Below are positions 10,525 to 23,639 of a DNA stretch of 64,000 nt, piece by piece (the first letter of the stretch is position 1; every line of letters starts with the position of its first letter). The notes beneath the pieces are model-generated. The model was not told the origin of the DNA and did no database searches. It saw only the letters and a program-made list of their open reading frames with translations. The position numbers and the translations under genes are program-made. The DNA is taken from positions 306 through 64,305 of the forward strand of contig CAWEKJ010000002.1 of assembly GCA_963809675.1 (NCBI GenBank). Direction: 5' to 3'. This stretch comes from an uncultured Alphaproteobacteria bacterium. Its GTDB lineage: Bacteria > Pseudomonadota > Alphaproteobacteria > Rhizobiales > Xanthobacteraceae.

Positions 10525-10926
10525 TCAGCCCTTGGCGTCGCAAAAAAAGGTGCGGATCACGCATTCCTTGCCGCCGTCTTTGTAGCAGGAGCGTAAAGCG
10601 ACGTTCTGACTGCGCCCGAGCTTGGGCGCCTTGCCCCAGCCATGCGCGCCGCAGGCATTGCCGAAATCGACTGCAAAGGCGGCACAGCCCCTCTTGGTGA
10701 CGGTCACCACCCGGCAGGTGTCGTTCTGGCACTTCGCCAGCGCGCTTTTGCGTGCTTCGTCGGGCGTCTGGAAATCATAGGCCTCGCCGAACGCGCCGCA
10801 GGCCCCGATCGCCAAGGCGCCGGCGGCGCGCGCGGTATTGACCGCGACCAGCATCAGCGTCGCGGTTGCGAGCAAAAGTGTCGCGGCCACGACCGCGCGC
10901 ATGACCGGCAAAAAGCTATCCGTCAT
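10525..10926 (-). CDS. DUF4189 secreted Cys-rich protein
   Basis: Signal peptide, GALAIGACG, ALAKC...C...CAAFA repeated twice. Confidence 0.75.
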   Translation of the reverse strand: MTDSFLPVMRAVVAATLLLATATLMLVAVNTARAAGALAIGACGAFGEAYDFQTPDEARKSALAKCQNDTCRVVTVTKRGCAAFAVDFGNACGAHGWGKAPKLGRSQNVALRSCYKDGGKECVIRTFFCDAKG

Positions 10927-10996
10927 CGCCCTTCCCTTACCCAGGCACGGGCTCAGATAAGGGCTGAGTCGCGGAAGCGATCAACGATTCGAAGTC

Positions 10997-12618
10997 TTAA
11001 GCCCGTTCGATTTCGGCCTTGACGGCGGAAAACGACTCGGGGGTATCGATATCGGTCAGCGCGGCCTCGCCGGCGACCGGGACTTCGGCGACCGCCTCGG
11101 CATAGCTGCCGATCAGGTGGCGGGCGCCGATATCGCCTTGGATCGACATCAAATCGTTGAAGAAACGCCGCGACCACACCACCGGATTGCCGCGCCTGCC
11201 GTCGAAGTTCGGCACCACCACCAGCGCGCCGCGTTCCGGATCGAATGACGCGAGCAATTTATCAATCAGAGGGGAATCGACCTGCGGCATATCGCCGAGA
11301 CAGACGATGGCCCCATCAGCATCCGCCGGTACCGCCGCTATGCCGGCTTTCAGCGAGGTGCCGAGACCGTCGGCATAGCCGGGGTTATGCACAAAACGGA
11401 CCGGCAAACCGGCCAGGGCCGCTTCGACGCGCTCGCGTTCATGGCCGGTGACGACGATCACCGGACCGGCGCGCGAGGCCAGCGCCTGCTCGGCGGCGAT
11501 CCGCACCAGCGGCTTGCCGCCGATCTCCGCGATTAGCTTGTTGATCGCCCCCATGCGGGTGGAACGCCCGGCGGCCAGCACGATGGCTGCGACGTGCCGG
11601 CCTTTTTCAGGCTGCGGCTCGGTGCGCGGCTGCGGCCGCGTCACGATTTCCATCAGCAATCCGCCGACGCCCATGCCGGTAATGTCTTCGCGCGATACCG
11701 GCAGACCGGCGAGCATCCGCATCAACACCCAGTCGAAGCCGTTTTCCTTCGGCGAGCGCGCGCAGCCGGGCGCGCCGATCACCGCTTGACCGCGCGCTTT
11801 GCCGATTAGCATGAGATTGCCGGGATCGACCGGCATGCCGAAATGCTCGATCTCGCCGCCGACCGCCTCCACTGCCATCGGGATTACGTCGCGGCGGTCG
11901 GCGATCGCCGAAGCGCCGAACACGATCACCAGTTCGGCGCCCGCCTTGAGCACCTCGTCGATCGCTTTCGCGAGCGCGACCTGCTCGTGCGGCACGCGGC
12001 GCTCGGCCACGATTGTCGCGCCGGCCGGCGCAATGCGGGCCGTTGTGATCTTAAGCGTCTTTTCGACGACTTTCGGCGACAGGCCGGGCAGCAAAGTCGA
12101 AACGATGCCCAGCTTGCGCACCTTGTAGGGCGCGATGCGAATAACCGGTTTGGCTTTGCCGGCGGCCGCCACCGCCTGGTCACGCGCGGCCTCTGCGACC
12201 GCAAACGGAATGATTTTGACGGTGGCGATCATCTCGCCTTCCACCACCGGCTTGAACGCCGGTAGCGTTGCGAGTGTCACCGCCTCGTCGATACGGTTGA
12301 GCCGGTCGATGGTATCCTTCTCGACCACCAGGATGCCGGCAGTCTCGGCAAAAAGATTGCAGCGGCCGGTAAAGGCACGATCCGTGCGCACACCCTCCCC
12401 CGCCACCGCCTTGGCGATCTCGGCGGCGGCCTGGTCCTCGGAAACATCGCCCGGCTCAAGCCGCGACACCACGATTTCCTTGACGCTCGCGGCCTTGAGC
12501 GCGGCCACTTCCGGCGGCCCGATCAGCGTGCCTTTTTTTAACACGAGTTCGCCCTGGCGGATCGAATGCACCGCGGTGGCGCCGAGCGCATCGCGGGAGC
12601 GACAGGGCCGAACTTCAT
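10997..12618 (-). CDS. Molybdopterin-binding domain / MocA-like NTP transferase fusion (frameshift near 12590)
   Basis: MKFGPV start at 12618; GMPVDPGNL, GAPGCARSP; C-terminal IVLAAGRSTRMG, CLGDMP, GNPV, DIDTP. Confidence 0.85.
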
Positions 12619-13317
12619 GCCGCCTCGGCTTTCTCGGATTTCACGCGCAGCCGTTGCGGTGATCTCCCCCATGATGGCGACTGCGATCTCGGCCGGCGAC
12701 ACCGCGCCGATCGGCAACCCGATCGGCGCATGGATGCGCACCAGGTCGGCATCGCTGATCCCGCTTCCTTCAGCCGCGCCAGGCGCTTGGCGTGGGTCTT
12801 TTCGCGAACCGAGTGCGCCGATATAGAAACAATCGCGCGCCAGCGCGTGCAAAAGCGCCGGATCGTCGATCTTCGGGATCGTGCGTAAGCGCGACGAACG
12901 CCGTGTAGTGATCGACCTTGAGCGGCGGCAACGCCACGTCCGGCCATTCGGCGATCACCTTCACGTCCGGAAAGCGCTCGATCGAGGCAAAGGCCGTGCG
13001 CGGATCGACAATGGTCACGTCATAGCCGAGCAATTGACCGACCGGCGCCAGCGTCTGGCTGATGTGCACCGCGCCGGTGATGACGAGCTGCGGCGACGGG
13101 ACGTGCACGGTGAGAAAGACGCGGCCCTGCGCCGTCTCCTCCATGCCGCTTTTCGCCATGCGCAGGTGCTTTTCGATCACGTCCTTGCAGCGGGTCCTTC
13201 GGCGACATCGGCGGCCTTCACCAGCCGTTGCGCGCCGCTCGCCACGTCGGTAACGACCACGACGGCGCGCCGCGCGGCGCGTTCGGCATTGAGCGCGTGG
13301 AGAATGTCGAGCTTCAC
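12615..13317 (-). CDS. XdhC/CoxF-family Moco insertion chaperone, C-terminal type (several apparent indels)
   Basis: GTG at 13317; ITGAVHISQ, DPRTAFA, ALTHDP, YIGALGSRK, IHAPIGLPIGA spread over three frames. Confidence 0.8.
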
Positions 13318-13641
13318 TCAGCTCACCTTCTCGACATAGACGCGGATGGTGCCGCCGCAGGACAGCCCGACATTCCAGGCCTGCTCGTCGGCGACGCCGA
13401 ATTCCAGCATTTTCGGCTTGCCGCTGTCGATCACGTCGATGGCTTCGGTCACCACCGCGCCCTCGACGCAGCCGCCCGACACGCTGCCAAGAAAATTGCC
13501 CTCGTTGTCGATCACCAGATTGGAGCCGACCGGCCGCGGCGCCGAGCCCCAGGTCTCGACCACCGTGGCGAGCGCCACGCCGCGCCCGGCTTTGCGCCAG
13601 TCCTCGGCCGCTTTGAGAATGTCTTCATCACGCGACAGCAT
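13318..13641 (-). CDS. XdhC N-terminal (XdhC_CoxI) domain protein
   Basis: ATVVETWGSAPRPVG, GSVSGGCVE, GLSCGG. Confidence 0.9.
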   Translation of the reverse strand: MLSRDEDILKAAEDWRKAGRGVALATVVETWGSAPRPVGSNLVIDNEGNFLGSVSGGCVEGAVVTEAIDVIDSGKPKMLEFGVADEQAWNVGLSCGGTIRVYVEKVS

Positions 13642-13653
13642 TTTCGTCCTCCA

Positions 13654-14869
13654 TCAAGCAACGCGCCGAAGCATCGCCTTCGGATCGTAGTCCTTGACCG
13701 CCGCGCCCGACAGGGCGCGCACCAGCCCGGTCATCGACTCTAGATTGTGGATCGGCCGCAGTTCGTCAACATGCGGCAGCATGGTCCGCACGCCCTTGGC
13801 GCGCGCCTCGAAGCCCTCGAAGCGCAGCAGCGGATTGAGCCAGATCAGCCGGCGGCACGAGCGGTGCAGCCGGTCCATCTCGAACGATAGCGTGTCGTCG
13901 GCATCGCGCTCAAGCCCATCGGTGATCAGCAGCACGACCGCGCCTTGCGTCAACACGCGGCGCGACCAGTGCTTGTTGAAATCACGCAGCGACGACGCGA
14001 TGCGCGTGCCGCCCGACCAGTCGACCACATGCGCACGAACACGCGGCGAGCGCCTCGTCGGGATCGCGGGCCCGGATGGCGCGGGTGACGTTGGTGAGCC
14101 TTGTGCCGAACAGGAAGGTCGTCACGCGCTTGCGCTCGTCGGTGACGGCATGCAGGAAATGCAGGAACAGCCGCGTGTACTGGCTCATCGAGCCGGAAAT
14201 ATCCAAGAGCGCTACGATTGGCGGCTCCTTTTCGCGCGGCCCCAGATATTTCAGATCGATCACCGCCCCGCCCGCCTTCATGCTGGCGCGCAGCGTACGG
14301 CGAATGTCGATCAGATGGCCGCGCCGGCTCGCCGCCATGCGCCGCGTGCGCAACAGATCGAGTGGCAGCGCGAGGCGCGCGATCGCTTGCTTGGCGGCGG
14401 CGATTTCGGCCGCGCTCATCTGCGCGAAATCTTTCTTCTGCAACACTTCTCGATCGGACACGGTTAAACGCGCGTCGATCTCGACCTCGGATTTGTCCTC
14501 GCGCTCGTTGAGACCGCCGAACAGCGCCTCTTGCACGCGCTGCGCGCCCGGCGCCGGCGGCTTGGGCGCCGTGGCGGCGACGTCGGGCAGCATCGAGGCG
14601 ATCAGCTTTTCAATGTAACCGCGCTTGCGGAAGAAAATGCGGAACGCCTGGTCGAACAGGGTCGAATGCTCGTGCCGCTTCACGAAGACGGCGTGCAGCG
14701 TCCAGTAGAAATCCTCGCGGTCGCCGACGCGGGCGACGTCCACAGCCGCCAGCGCATCGAGCACGCTGCCCGAGCCGACCGGAATGCCGGCCGCGCGCAG
14801 CGCGCGCGCGAAGTAGAGGATGTTTTCGGCAAGACGGCCTTCAACGTGTCGGCCTTGAGCTTCGGCCAT
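13654..14869 (-). CDS. coxE: CoxE-like VWA domain protein (frameshift near 14035)
   Basis: FARALRAAG, LLDISGSM, then DWSGGTRI, LITDGLER, WLNPL in the second frame. Confidence 0.85.
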
Positions 14870-14875
14870 GACCAC

Positions 14876-15796
14876 TCACTCCGCCGCGCGCAGCTCCGAC
14901 TTCACCTCGTCGAGCAGCGTCTTGACCTTGGTGCCGTCGAGCCGGGCGATGTCGTCCTGATATTTGAGCAGCGCGCCGAGCGTGTCCGACACCGTCGCCG
15001 GATCGAGCGCGACCACGTCGAGTTCGGTGAGCGCGCCAGCCCAATCCAGCGTCTCGGCGACGCCGGGCTGCTTGAACAGATCTTCCTTGCGCAGGCTTTG
15101 CACGAAGGCGACCACCTGCTCCGACAGTTTCTTGGCAATGCCCGGCACCTTGGTGCGCAGGATCTTCAATTCACGCTCGGCATTCGGATAGCCGACCCAG
15201 TGATAAAGACAACGGCGCTTGAGCGCGTCATGCACCTCGCGCGTTCGGTTTGACGTGACCAGCACGATCGGCGGCTGCGCCGCCTTCACCGTGCCGAGTT
15301 CGGGCACCGTGACCTGGAAATCCGCCAGCACTTCAAGAAGGAACGCCTCGAAGGCTTCGTCGGTGCGGTCGATCTCGTCGATCAGCAGCACCGGCGGCCC
15401 TGCCGGATCGGGCTCGAGCGCCTGCAGCAGCGGCCGCTTGATCAAAAACCGCTCGGAGAACACGTCGTGCTCGATGCGCGCTTTGTCGCCCTCGCCTTCC
15501 GCTTCCGCCAGCCGGATGGCGATCATCTGCGCGCCGTAATTCCACTCATAGACGGCGGACGAAATATCGAGCCCTTCGTAGCATTGCAGCCGGATCAGCC
15601 GCCGCCCGAGCGCCGCCGACAACACCTTGGCGATTTCGGTTTTGCCGACGCCGGCCTCGCCTTCGACGAACAGCGGCCGGCCCATGCGCAGCGCCAGATA
15701 AAGCACCGTCGCCAGCGAGCGGTCGGCGATGTAACCGGCCTTGGCCAGCAGGTCGAGCGTGGCCTCGATGGAGGCCGGGAGCGGCTTCATGGACAT
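14876..15796 (-). CDS. coxD: CoxD-like MoxR AAA+ ATPase
   Basis: EGEAGVGKT, RLQCYEGLD, LLIDEID, TSNRTREVHDALKRRC. Confidence 0.9.
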   Translation of the reverse strand: MSMKPLPASIEATLDLLAKAGYIADRSLATVLYLALRMGRPLFVEGEAGVGKTEIAKVLSAALGRRLIRLQCYEGLDISSAVYEWNYGAQMIAIRLAEAEGEGDKARIEHDVFSERFLIKRPLLQALEPDPAGPPVLLIDEIDRTDEAFEAFLLEVLADFQVTVPELGTVKAAQPPIVLVTSNRTREVHDALKRRCLYHWVGYPNAERELKILRTKVPGIAKKLSEQVVAFVQSLRKEDLFKQPGVAETLDWAGALTELDVVALDPATVSDTLGALLKYQDDIARLDGTKVKTLLDEVKSELRAAE

Positions 15797-15900
15797 TCTT
15801 CGGTACCCTGGATGATACTTTAACGGAACTCGCGGGCGTCTTACATGTGTGTACGACAGGCCCCACCAGCCAGCCAGGAATCCTCAAAAGGATGGCCCCT

Positions 15901-16428
15901 ATGTCCAAGACCGCCGAATTGACCAAAGACGCCCTGCACATGCCGACAATCGACGCCGGGGTGCGGATCGGCCATGTCCACCTGAAGGTCGCCGACCTGC
16001 AGCGGGCGCTCGATTTCTATTGCGGCGTGCTGGGTTTTGAGCTCACCACCAGCCGGCCCGGCGCCGCCTTCATCTCGGCCGGCGGCTACCACCACCACAT
16101 CGGGCTCAACACCTGGGAGAGCAAAGGCGGCTCGCCGCCTGCCCCCGGCACCACCGGCCTTTACCATACCGCGATTTTGTACCCGACCCGGCGGCTCTTG
16201 GCCGACGCGCTGCGCCGGCTGATCCTCGCCAAGATCCCGCTCGAAGGCGCCAGCGACCACGGCGTCTCCGAGGCGCTTTACCTGCGTGATCCGGACGACA
16301 ACGGCGTCGAGCTTTATTGGGACCGGCCGAAGGACCAATGGCCGAAGCGGCCGGACGGCGGCTTGCAGATGTACACCAACCCGCTCGACCTGCATGATCT
16401 GTTGGCGGAACTTGACAAGCCGGCGTAA
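15901..16428 (+). CDS. VOC/glyoxalase family protein (CatE-like)
   Basis: IGHVHLKVADL, GGYHHHIGLNTW, DHGVSEALYLRDPDDNGVELY. Confidence 0.88.
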   Translation: MSKTAELTKDALHMPTIDAGVRIGHVHLKVADLQRALDFYCGVLGFELTTSRPGAAFISAGGYHHHIGLNTWESKGGSPPAPGTTGLYHTAILYPTRRLLADALRRLILAKIPLEGASDHGVSEALYLRDPDDNGVELYWDRPKDQWPKRPDGGLQMYTNPLDLHDLLAELDKPA

Positions 16429-16511
16429 CGAGCCGGCGCGAATCTGAGACGGCGACCTTGCCGAGCGGCTTGGAAAATTTATGGCTGTCGTAAGCCGTTT
16501 AGCCATCCCTT

Positions 16512-17489
16512 TCAGTGCAGTTCCGGTTGCGTCCCCTTGATGATGGGCCTCCATTTCTCGATCTCAGCGCGCTGTCGTTTGGCGAGCGCCTCCGGTATCT
16601 GCGCATCACGTGGCGGAATCTCCTGACCGAGATTGGCGAGGCGGTGGATGACCGTCGGATCGGCAAGGGCCTCCACCACGGCCGCGTTGAGCTTGGCGAC
16701 GATGGCTTTCGGCGTCCCTTCGGGCGCCCAGAGACCGTGCCATGCCGAGATATAGAATCCCGGCAATCCGGCTTCATCCACCGTCGGAATTCCTGGCGCC
16801 GCTGCCAAACGGTCCTTGGCTGTGACGGCATAAGCGCGGACCTGGCCGCTTTGAACCAGCGGCAGGGTCAGCGCCGCCTGTTCAAACTTCAGATCAATAC
16901 GCCCAGCGAGTAAATCCTGCATCGACGCGCCGGACCCCCCACTATAGGGCACAAGCTGGAAACTGGTTCCCGTCACGTTGCGAAAGTGGCGGCCGATGAG
17001 GTCCCCGGCGCTGCCCGGACCGTTGGTCGAAGCCGAAGCCTTGTCGGGACTTGCCTTGAGCCACGCGATAAGTCCTTTCAGGTCTGTCGCCGGTACCGCG
17101 TTTTTTGAGACGATGAGATACGGATTGCTCGCAAGCAAGGCTATTGGTTCAAAGTCTTTCACGACATCGTACTTGAGCGGATAGATCAGACTGTTCACCG
17201 CATGCGTGCCCCAATGGCCGATGCTGAGCGTATAACCATCCGGCGCGGCAGAGGCCACATGGCCGACGCCGATCGAGCCCGCGGCGCCACCGATATTTTT
17301 GACAATGATGGGTTCGCCAAGCGAGACTTTCATGCGTTCGGCAATAATGCGGGCAATGACGTCGGTCGGCCCTCCCGCCCCAAACGGTACGATTATGATG
17401 ATCGGGCGCGACGGATAGGTCTCGGCGCTCGCCGCGCCAGCCGCCATCGCGAGCACACAGGCCGCGGCGACGATCAGCTTCTTCATCAC
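16512..17489 (-). CDS. Bug/TctC tripartite tricarboxylate transporter substrate-binding protein (orphan)
   Basis: YPSRPIIIIVPFGAGGPTD, AAPDGYTL, PTVDEAGLPG, WHGLWAP. Confidence 0.92.
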   Translation of the reverse strand: MMKKLIVAAACVLAMAAGAASAETYPSRPIIIIVPFGAGGPTDVIARIIAERMKVSLGEPIIVKNIGGAAGSIGVGHVASAAPDGYTLSIGHWGTHAVNSLIYPLKYDVVKDFEPIALLASNPYLIVSKNAVPATDLKGLIAWLKASPDKASASTNGPGSAGDLIGRHFRNVTGTSFQLVPYSGGSGASMQDLLAGRIDLKFEQAALTLPLVQSGQVRAYAVTAKDRLAAAPGIPTVDEAGLPGFYISAWHGLWAPEGTPKAIVAKLNAAVVEALADPTVIHRLANLGQEIPPRDAQIPEALAKRQRAEIEKWRPIIKGTQPELH

Positions 17490-17645
17490 GTGACCTCCTC
17501 TTTTTCATCGGTAATTTTGAGTCGACGTTGGCACAGCACTGGGGGGTGCGCCGTCGAAACAGCGTCGAAAAACGTGCTTGCCGAACCTGGAATACGCTAT
17601 TCTTGCGTGAGCTTAGAGCGAGCGAACGCCGCCGGACATCCGCCG

Positions 17646-19715
17646 ATGCAGCAGCGAGAAACGCATTCCCCGTTACACCTCCTGGCTGCTGGCAAAAGGC
17701 TACAACTGCGACTTTTGGGCGATTTTGAGCTACGCCACGGTATCCGTCCGTCACAGCCGCTCCCGAAAAAAGCCCGCGCACTGCTCGCCTATCTTGCGAT
17801 GCATCCTGGCCGCTCCATCCTCCGGGAACAGCTCGCGACCTTGCTTTGGGGCAACAGCCGGACCGAACAAGCCCGGCGGAGCCTGCGTGAATGCCTGATG
17901 GCGGTTCGGGCGGCGCTCGGCCCGACGGCGTCGGCACTCGGCGCTGAAGGCATGGCTGTTCGTCTTGATCCGGAGCAGGTCGAGACCGACGTGCGGCGGT
18001 TCGAAGCGCTCAGCCGATCGACAACAGTGGGCGATTTGCAGGCGGCGAGCGAGCTCTATCGTGACGAGTTCCTGTGCGACGTTCAGGTCGCGTCTGAACC
18101 GTTCGCCGAATGGACGTCGTTGGAGCGCCGCCGGCTGTCAGCAATCATGTCCGACGTCCTGCATCGTCTGGCGACGGCGCGCGCCGAGAGCGGAAATGGC
18201 GAAACAGCCATCGAGGCAGCGCGACGGCTGACGGAGTTCAATTCGCTGCGCGAAGACGGACACCGCCTGCTGATACGGCTCCTCGCGGAGGCTGGACGGC
18301 GCAATGCCGCACTGAAACAATATGCTCTCTGCGCTGACCTCTTGCGCCGTGAGCTTGGTGTCGCGCCGGAGCGCGATACGGCCGATCTCGCCGAAGCCAT
18401 TCGCCGGGGGCGCACGAGCGGCTCACATTTTTCCGACGGCAAAATCAGCGAAGCGCCGGCCATTGTCGCTCCCGTCTTGCCGCCGGGAATATCGAACAAG
18501 ATATCGATTGCGGTCTTTCCTTTCTCGAACCTCAGCAATGACGCCGGCCAAGACTATTTTGCCGACGGCATTGCCGAAGAACTCACGACAACGCTTGGCC
18601 GCGTGCCCTGGCTCTTCGTCATTGGAAGCAGTGCGGCTACACCCTACCGAAAGGACAAAGTCGATATTCGCGGGGCCGGCAGCGAATTGGGAGTCCGCTA
18701 CGTCCTTCGCGGCAGCGTCCGCAGGAACGACAAGCGTGTACGTATTGTCGCCCAGTTGCTGGATGCAGCAAAGGGCGGTCAATTGTGGGCCGAACGTTTC
18801 GATGGCGAGATGGAAGACATCTTCGCGATTCAGGACCAGGTTGCCGCACAGGCGAGCGCGAAAATTGCCCCCGCACTTCAATCGATCGAAATCGAACGCT
18901 CGCAACGCAAGCCAACCAAAAACTTAAACGCTTACGATCTCTACCTTCGCGCGTTGCCTCGATTCCGGACGACCTTCGAGGAGAACAAAGAGGCGCTGCA
19001 CCTGCTCACCAGGGCGATCGCAATCGATCCGCTCTATGGCTCCGCTTATGGCTTGGCCGCACGCTGCTTCCAATTCCAGCGCTTGTTCGGCTGGGTCATC
19101 GCTTCCGATCCGCGCTTGCAAGAAGGTGTCCGGCTCGCCCATTTGGCCGCCGAAATCGGCCGGAACGATTCGGAGGCGCTATGGATGGCGGGCATTGCGG
19201 TCGCGCAATTAGCCGGCGAAATGGAGTGCGGTCTTGCTTTGATTGAACGTTCGTTGTCGCTCAATCCCAATTCGGCCAGCGCCTGGATATCAAGCTCGTT
19301 CGTGCGCGGCGAGATCGGCGACGCGAACGGCGGCGCTTGCGCGATTTCCAACGCGCGCAGCGTCTCAACCCGCTCGATTCCATCCATCACGTCCAACGGC
19401 TGGCCGCCGGCTTCGCGCACATGGCCGCCGGCCGCTATCAAGAGGCGGCCGAGCGCCATCGACAAGACGCTTAAGGCGCGGCCGAGCTATACGCCAGCCA
19501 TGCGCTTGAAAATCTCGGTGTGCGGTCTGCTGGAGCAAAAAGAAGATGCGAGCAAATGGGTGCGTCGCCTGCTCGCCGTCAATCCCGACGCGAGCGTTTC
19601 CTGGTTGCACGTCTTTTGGCAATTGCCACTGCGCCATAACCCGGGATTGCTTGGCAAACTCCTTGAGGGCGCGCGGCTCGCCGGCCTGCCGGAAGGGGAG
19701 CAAACATCAGGTTGA
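17646..19715 (+). CDS. SARP/BTAD transcriptional regulator with TolB-like and TPR domains
   Basis: LRLLGDF, ALLAYLA, BTAD, IAVFPFSNLS...YFADGI, AYDLYLR; compensating indels near 19335-19455. Confidence 0.85.
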   Translation: MQQRETHSPLHLLAAGKRLQLRLLGDFELRHGIRPSQPLPKKARALLAYLAMHPGRSILREQLATLLWGNSRTEQARRSLRECLMAVRAALGPTASALGAEGMAVRLDPEQVETDVRRFEALSRSTTVGDLQAASELYRDEFLCDVQVASEPFAEWTSLERRRLSAIMSDVLHRLATARAESGNGETAIEAARRLTEFNSLREDGHRLLIRLLAEAGRRNAALKQYALCADLLRRELGVAPERDTADLAEAIRRGRTSGSHFSDGKISEAPAIVAPVLPPGISNKISIAVFPFSNLSNDAGQDYFADGIAEELTTTLGRVPWLFVIGSSAATPYRKDKVDIRGAGSELGVRYVLRGSVRRNDKRVRIVAQLLDAAKGGQLWAERFDGEMEDIFAIQDQVAAQASAKIAPALQSIEIERSQRKPTKNLNAYDLYLRALPRFRTTFEENKEALHLLTRAIAIDPLYGSAYGLAARCFQFQRLFGWVIASDPRLQEGVRLAHLAAEIGRNDSEALWMAGIAVAQLAGEMECGLALIERSLSLNPNSASAWISSSFVRGEIGDANGGACAISNARSVSTRSIPSITSNGWPPASRTWPPAAIKRRPSAIDKTLKARPSYTPAMRLKISVCGLLEQKEDASKWVRRLLAVNPDASVSWLHVFWQLPLRHNPGLLGKLLEGARLAGLPEGEQTSG

Positions 19716-19721
19716 GCGCCG

Positions 19722-20524
<803 letters not shown>

Positions 20525-20537
20525 CGCTTTCTCCTGA

Positions 20538-22902
20538 TTACGCCGCTTGGCGCGGTTTGGCGCCCTGCAGCGCCGACCACACCGCATTGGCGGTGGCCGG
20601 CATGGCCAGATTTTCGGTTCCGATGGCGTCGGTAATGGCGTTGATCACCGCGGCGGGCGCGGCGATCGCGCCGGCCTCGCCGCAGCCTTTGATGCCGAGC
20701 GGGTTCGACGGCGATTTGGTTTCCGTCAGTCCGACCTGGAACGACGGCAGGTCGTGGGCGTGCGGCATGCTGTAGTCCATGAACGAGCCGCTCACCAACT
20801 GGCCTTCTTTGTCGTAGACCGCGCCTTCCAGCAGCGCCTGCCCGATCCCTTGCGCGATGCCGCCGTGCACCTGGCCCTCGACGATCATCGGGTTGATCAC
20901 GGTGCCGAAGTCGTCGACCGCAGTCCAATTCACGATCTCGGTCTTGCCGGTGTCGATATCGACCTCGACCTCGCAGATGTGGCAGCCGGCCGGGAAGGTG
21001 AAATTGGTCGGATCGTAGAACGAAGTTTCCTTCAAGCCCGGCTCCAACTCGGCGCCGGTGAATTTGTGCGCGATATAGGCATTGAGCGAGACGTCACCCC
21101 AGGCCGCCGACTTGTCGGTGCCGGCGACGGTGAACTTGCCGTCCTTGAATTCGATGTCGCCTTCCGCCGCTTCCAGCATGAAGGCCGCGACCTTCTTGGC
21201 CTTGGCCTCGATCTTGTCGAGCGCCTTCACGATCGCCGACATGCCGACCGCGCCGGAGCGCGAGCCGTAGGTGCCCATGCCGAACTGCACCTTGTCGGTG
21301 TCGCCGTGCACGATCGAGACGTTCTCGAACGGAATGCCGAGCCGCTCCGACACGAGTTGCGCGAAGGTGGTCTCGTGCCCCTGCCCGTGCGCGTGGCAGC
21401 CGGTGAGCACTTCGACGCTGCCGGTCGGATTGACCCGCACTTCGGCGGATTCCCACAGACCGACGCCGGCGCCGAGCGAGCCGACCGCCTGCGACGGCGC
21501 GATGCCGCAGGCTTCGATATAGGTCGAGATAACCGAGGCCGCGCAGCTTGCCGTGGCGCGCCGCCTCGCGCTTGCGCTTGCCGAAGCCCTTCACGTCGGC
21601 GATTTCCAGCGCCTTCTTCAGCGAGGCCTGATAGTCGCCGGCGTCATAGGCCATGATCACCGGCGTCTGGTGCGGGAACGACTTGATGAAATTGCGCTTG
21701 CGCAGTTCGGTGGGTTCGATGCCCATCTGCCGCGCCGCAACTTCGACCAGCCGCTCGACCACGAAGGTCGCTTCGGGGCGCCCGGCGCCGCGATAGGCGT
21801 CGACCGGCGCGGTGTTGGTATAGACCGCGTCCACCTCGCAATAGATCGACGGAATATCGTACTGGCCCGACAGCAGCGTGCCGTAGAGATAGGTCGGCAC
21901 CGATGACGAGAACGTCGACATGTAAGCGCCAAGATTGGCGATCGTCTTGGCGCGCAACGCCAGAATCTTGCCGTTGGCGTCGAGCGCGAGTTCCGCATGG
22001 GTAACGTGATCGCGGCCGTGCGCGTCGGTCAGAAACGATTCCGTGCGATCCGCGACCCATTTCACCGGACGCCGCACCTTGCGCGCGGCCCACAGGCAGA
22101 CGACCTCTTCCGGGTAGATGAAGATCTTCGAGCCGAAGCCGCCGCCGACGTCGGGCGCGATAACCCGCAATTTGTGCTCCGGCGTGATGCCGACGAATGC
22201 GGAAATGACCAGCCGCGCGACATGCGGGTTCTGCGACGTATTCCAGAGCGTGAGATGATCGCTACCGGCATCGTAGTCGGCAATCGCCGCGCGCGGTTCG
22301 ATCGCATTCGGCACCAGGCGGTTGTTGACGATGTCGAGCTTGGTGACATGCTTGGCGGCGGCAAAGGCCGCGTCCGTCGCCTTGGCGTCGCCAAGATGCC
22401 ATTGATAGATCGTGTTGCTGGCGATGTCGGGGTGAATCTGCGGCGCGTCTTTGGCCTGCGCCTTGGCCGGATCGACCACGGCGGTGAGCACCTCGTAGTC
22501 GACTTTGACTTTCTCGGCAGCGTCGCGGCCCTGCGCCATTGTCTCGGCGATCACCACCGCGACCGCGTCGCCGACGCAATTGACCTTGCCGGACGCGAGC
22601 GCCGGATGCGCCGCCATCTTCATCGGCGAGCCGTCCTTGGAATGGATCATCCAGCCGCAGATCAGATTGCCGATCTTGTCGGTGGCGAAATCGGCGCCGG
22701 TGAGCACGTCAACCACGCCCGGCATTTTCTTGGCCGCAGCAACGTCGATGCTCTTGATCTTGGCGTGGGCATGCGGCGAGCGCACGAACACGGCGCGGGT
22801 CTCGCCCGGCCGCACCACGTCATCGGTGTATTGTCCGTTGCCGGTGATAAATCGGAAGTCTTCCTTGCGGCGCACCGCCGCGCCGATCCCGGTCGCGCTC
22901 AT
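20538..22902 (-). CDS. coxL: CoxL form II / xanthine dehydrogenase-family molybdopterin subunit (frameshift near 21530)
   Basis: [49 protein letters not shown]. Confidence 0.9.
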
Positions 22903-22945
22903 GGCGGTCTCCTCCCGTTGAATTTTTTTACGCTACGCTATGTCG

Positions 22946-23446
<501 letters not shown>

Positions 23447-23639
23447 GACCGTCCTCCCAAATTCGGGGCCAAAAGCCCTCTTTTCGCCTCGCCCCATCGG
23501 GCCGCAGGCGCTTCAGGTTCGAAATCAGGTCGATTTCGGCCCGAATGCGCCTTGGAACAAGAATAAGTCTGAACCCCAGCGCAGGCCGGGTCAAGGGATT
23601 CCAAAGCCGGAAACCGCTCAAACCGGGGTGATTGGCCGG

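Noticed and set aside
13318-13641. Split XdhC as a novel arrangement
   Set aside because: Separate N- and C-terminal XdhC genes are common in Rhizobiales cox/xdh clusters.
20538-22902. Bona fide aerobic CO dehydrogenase
   Set aside because: Active-site loop AYRGAGR and S-L-M order indicate form II, not form I.
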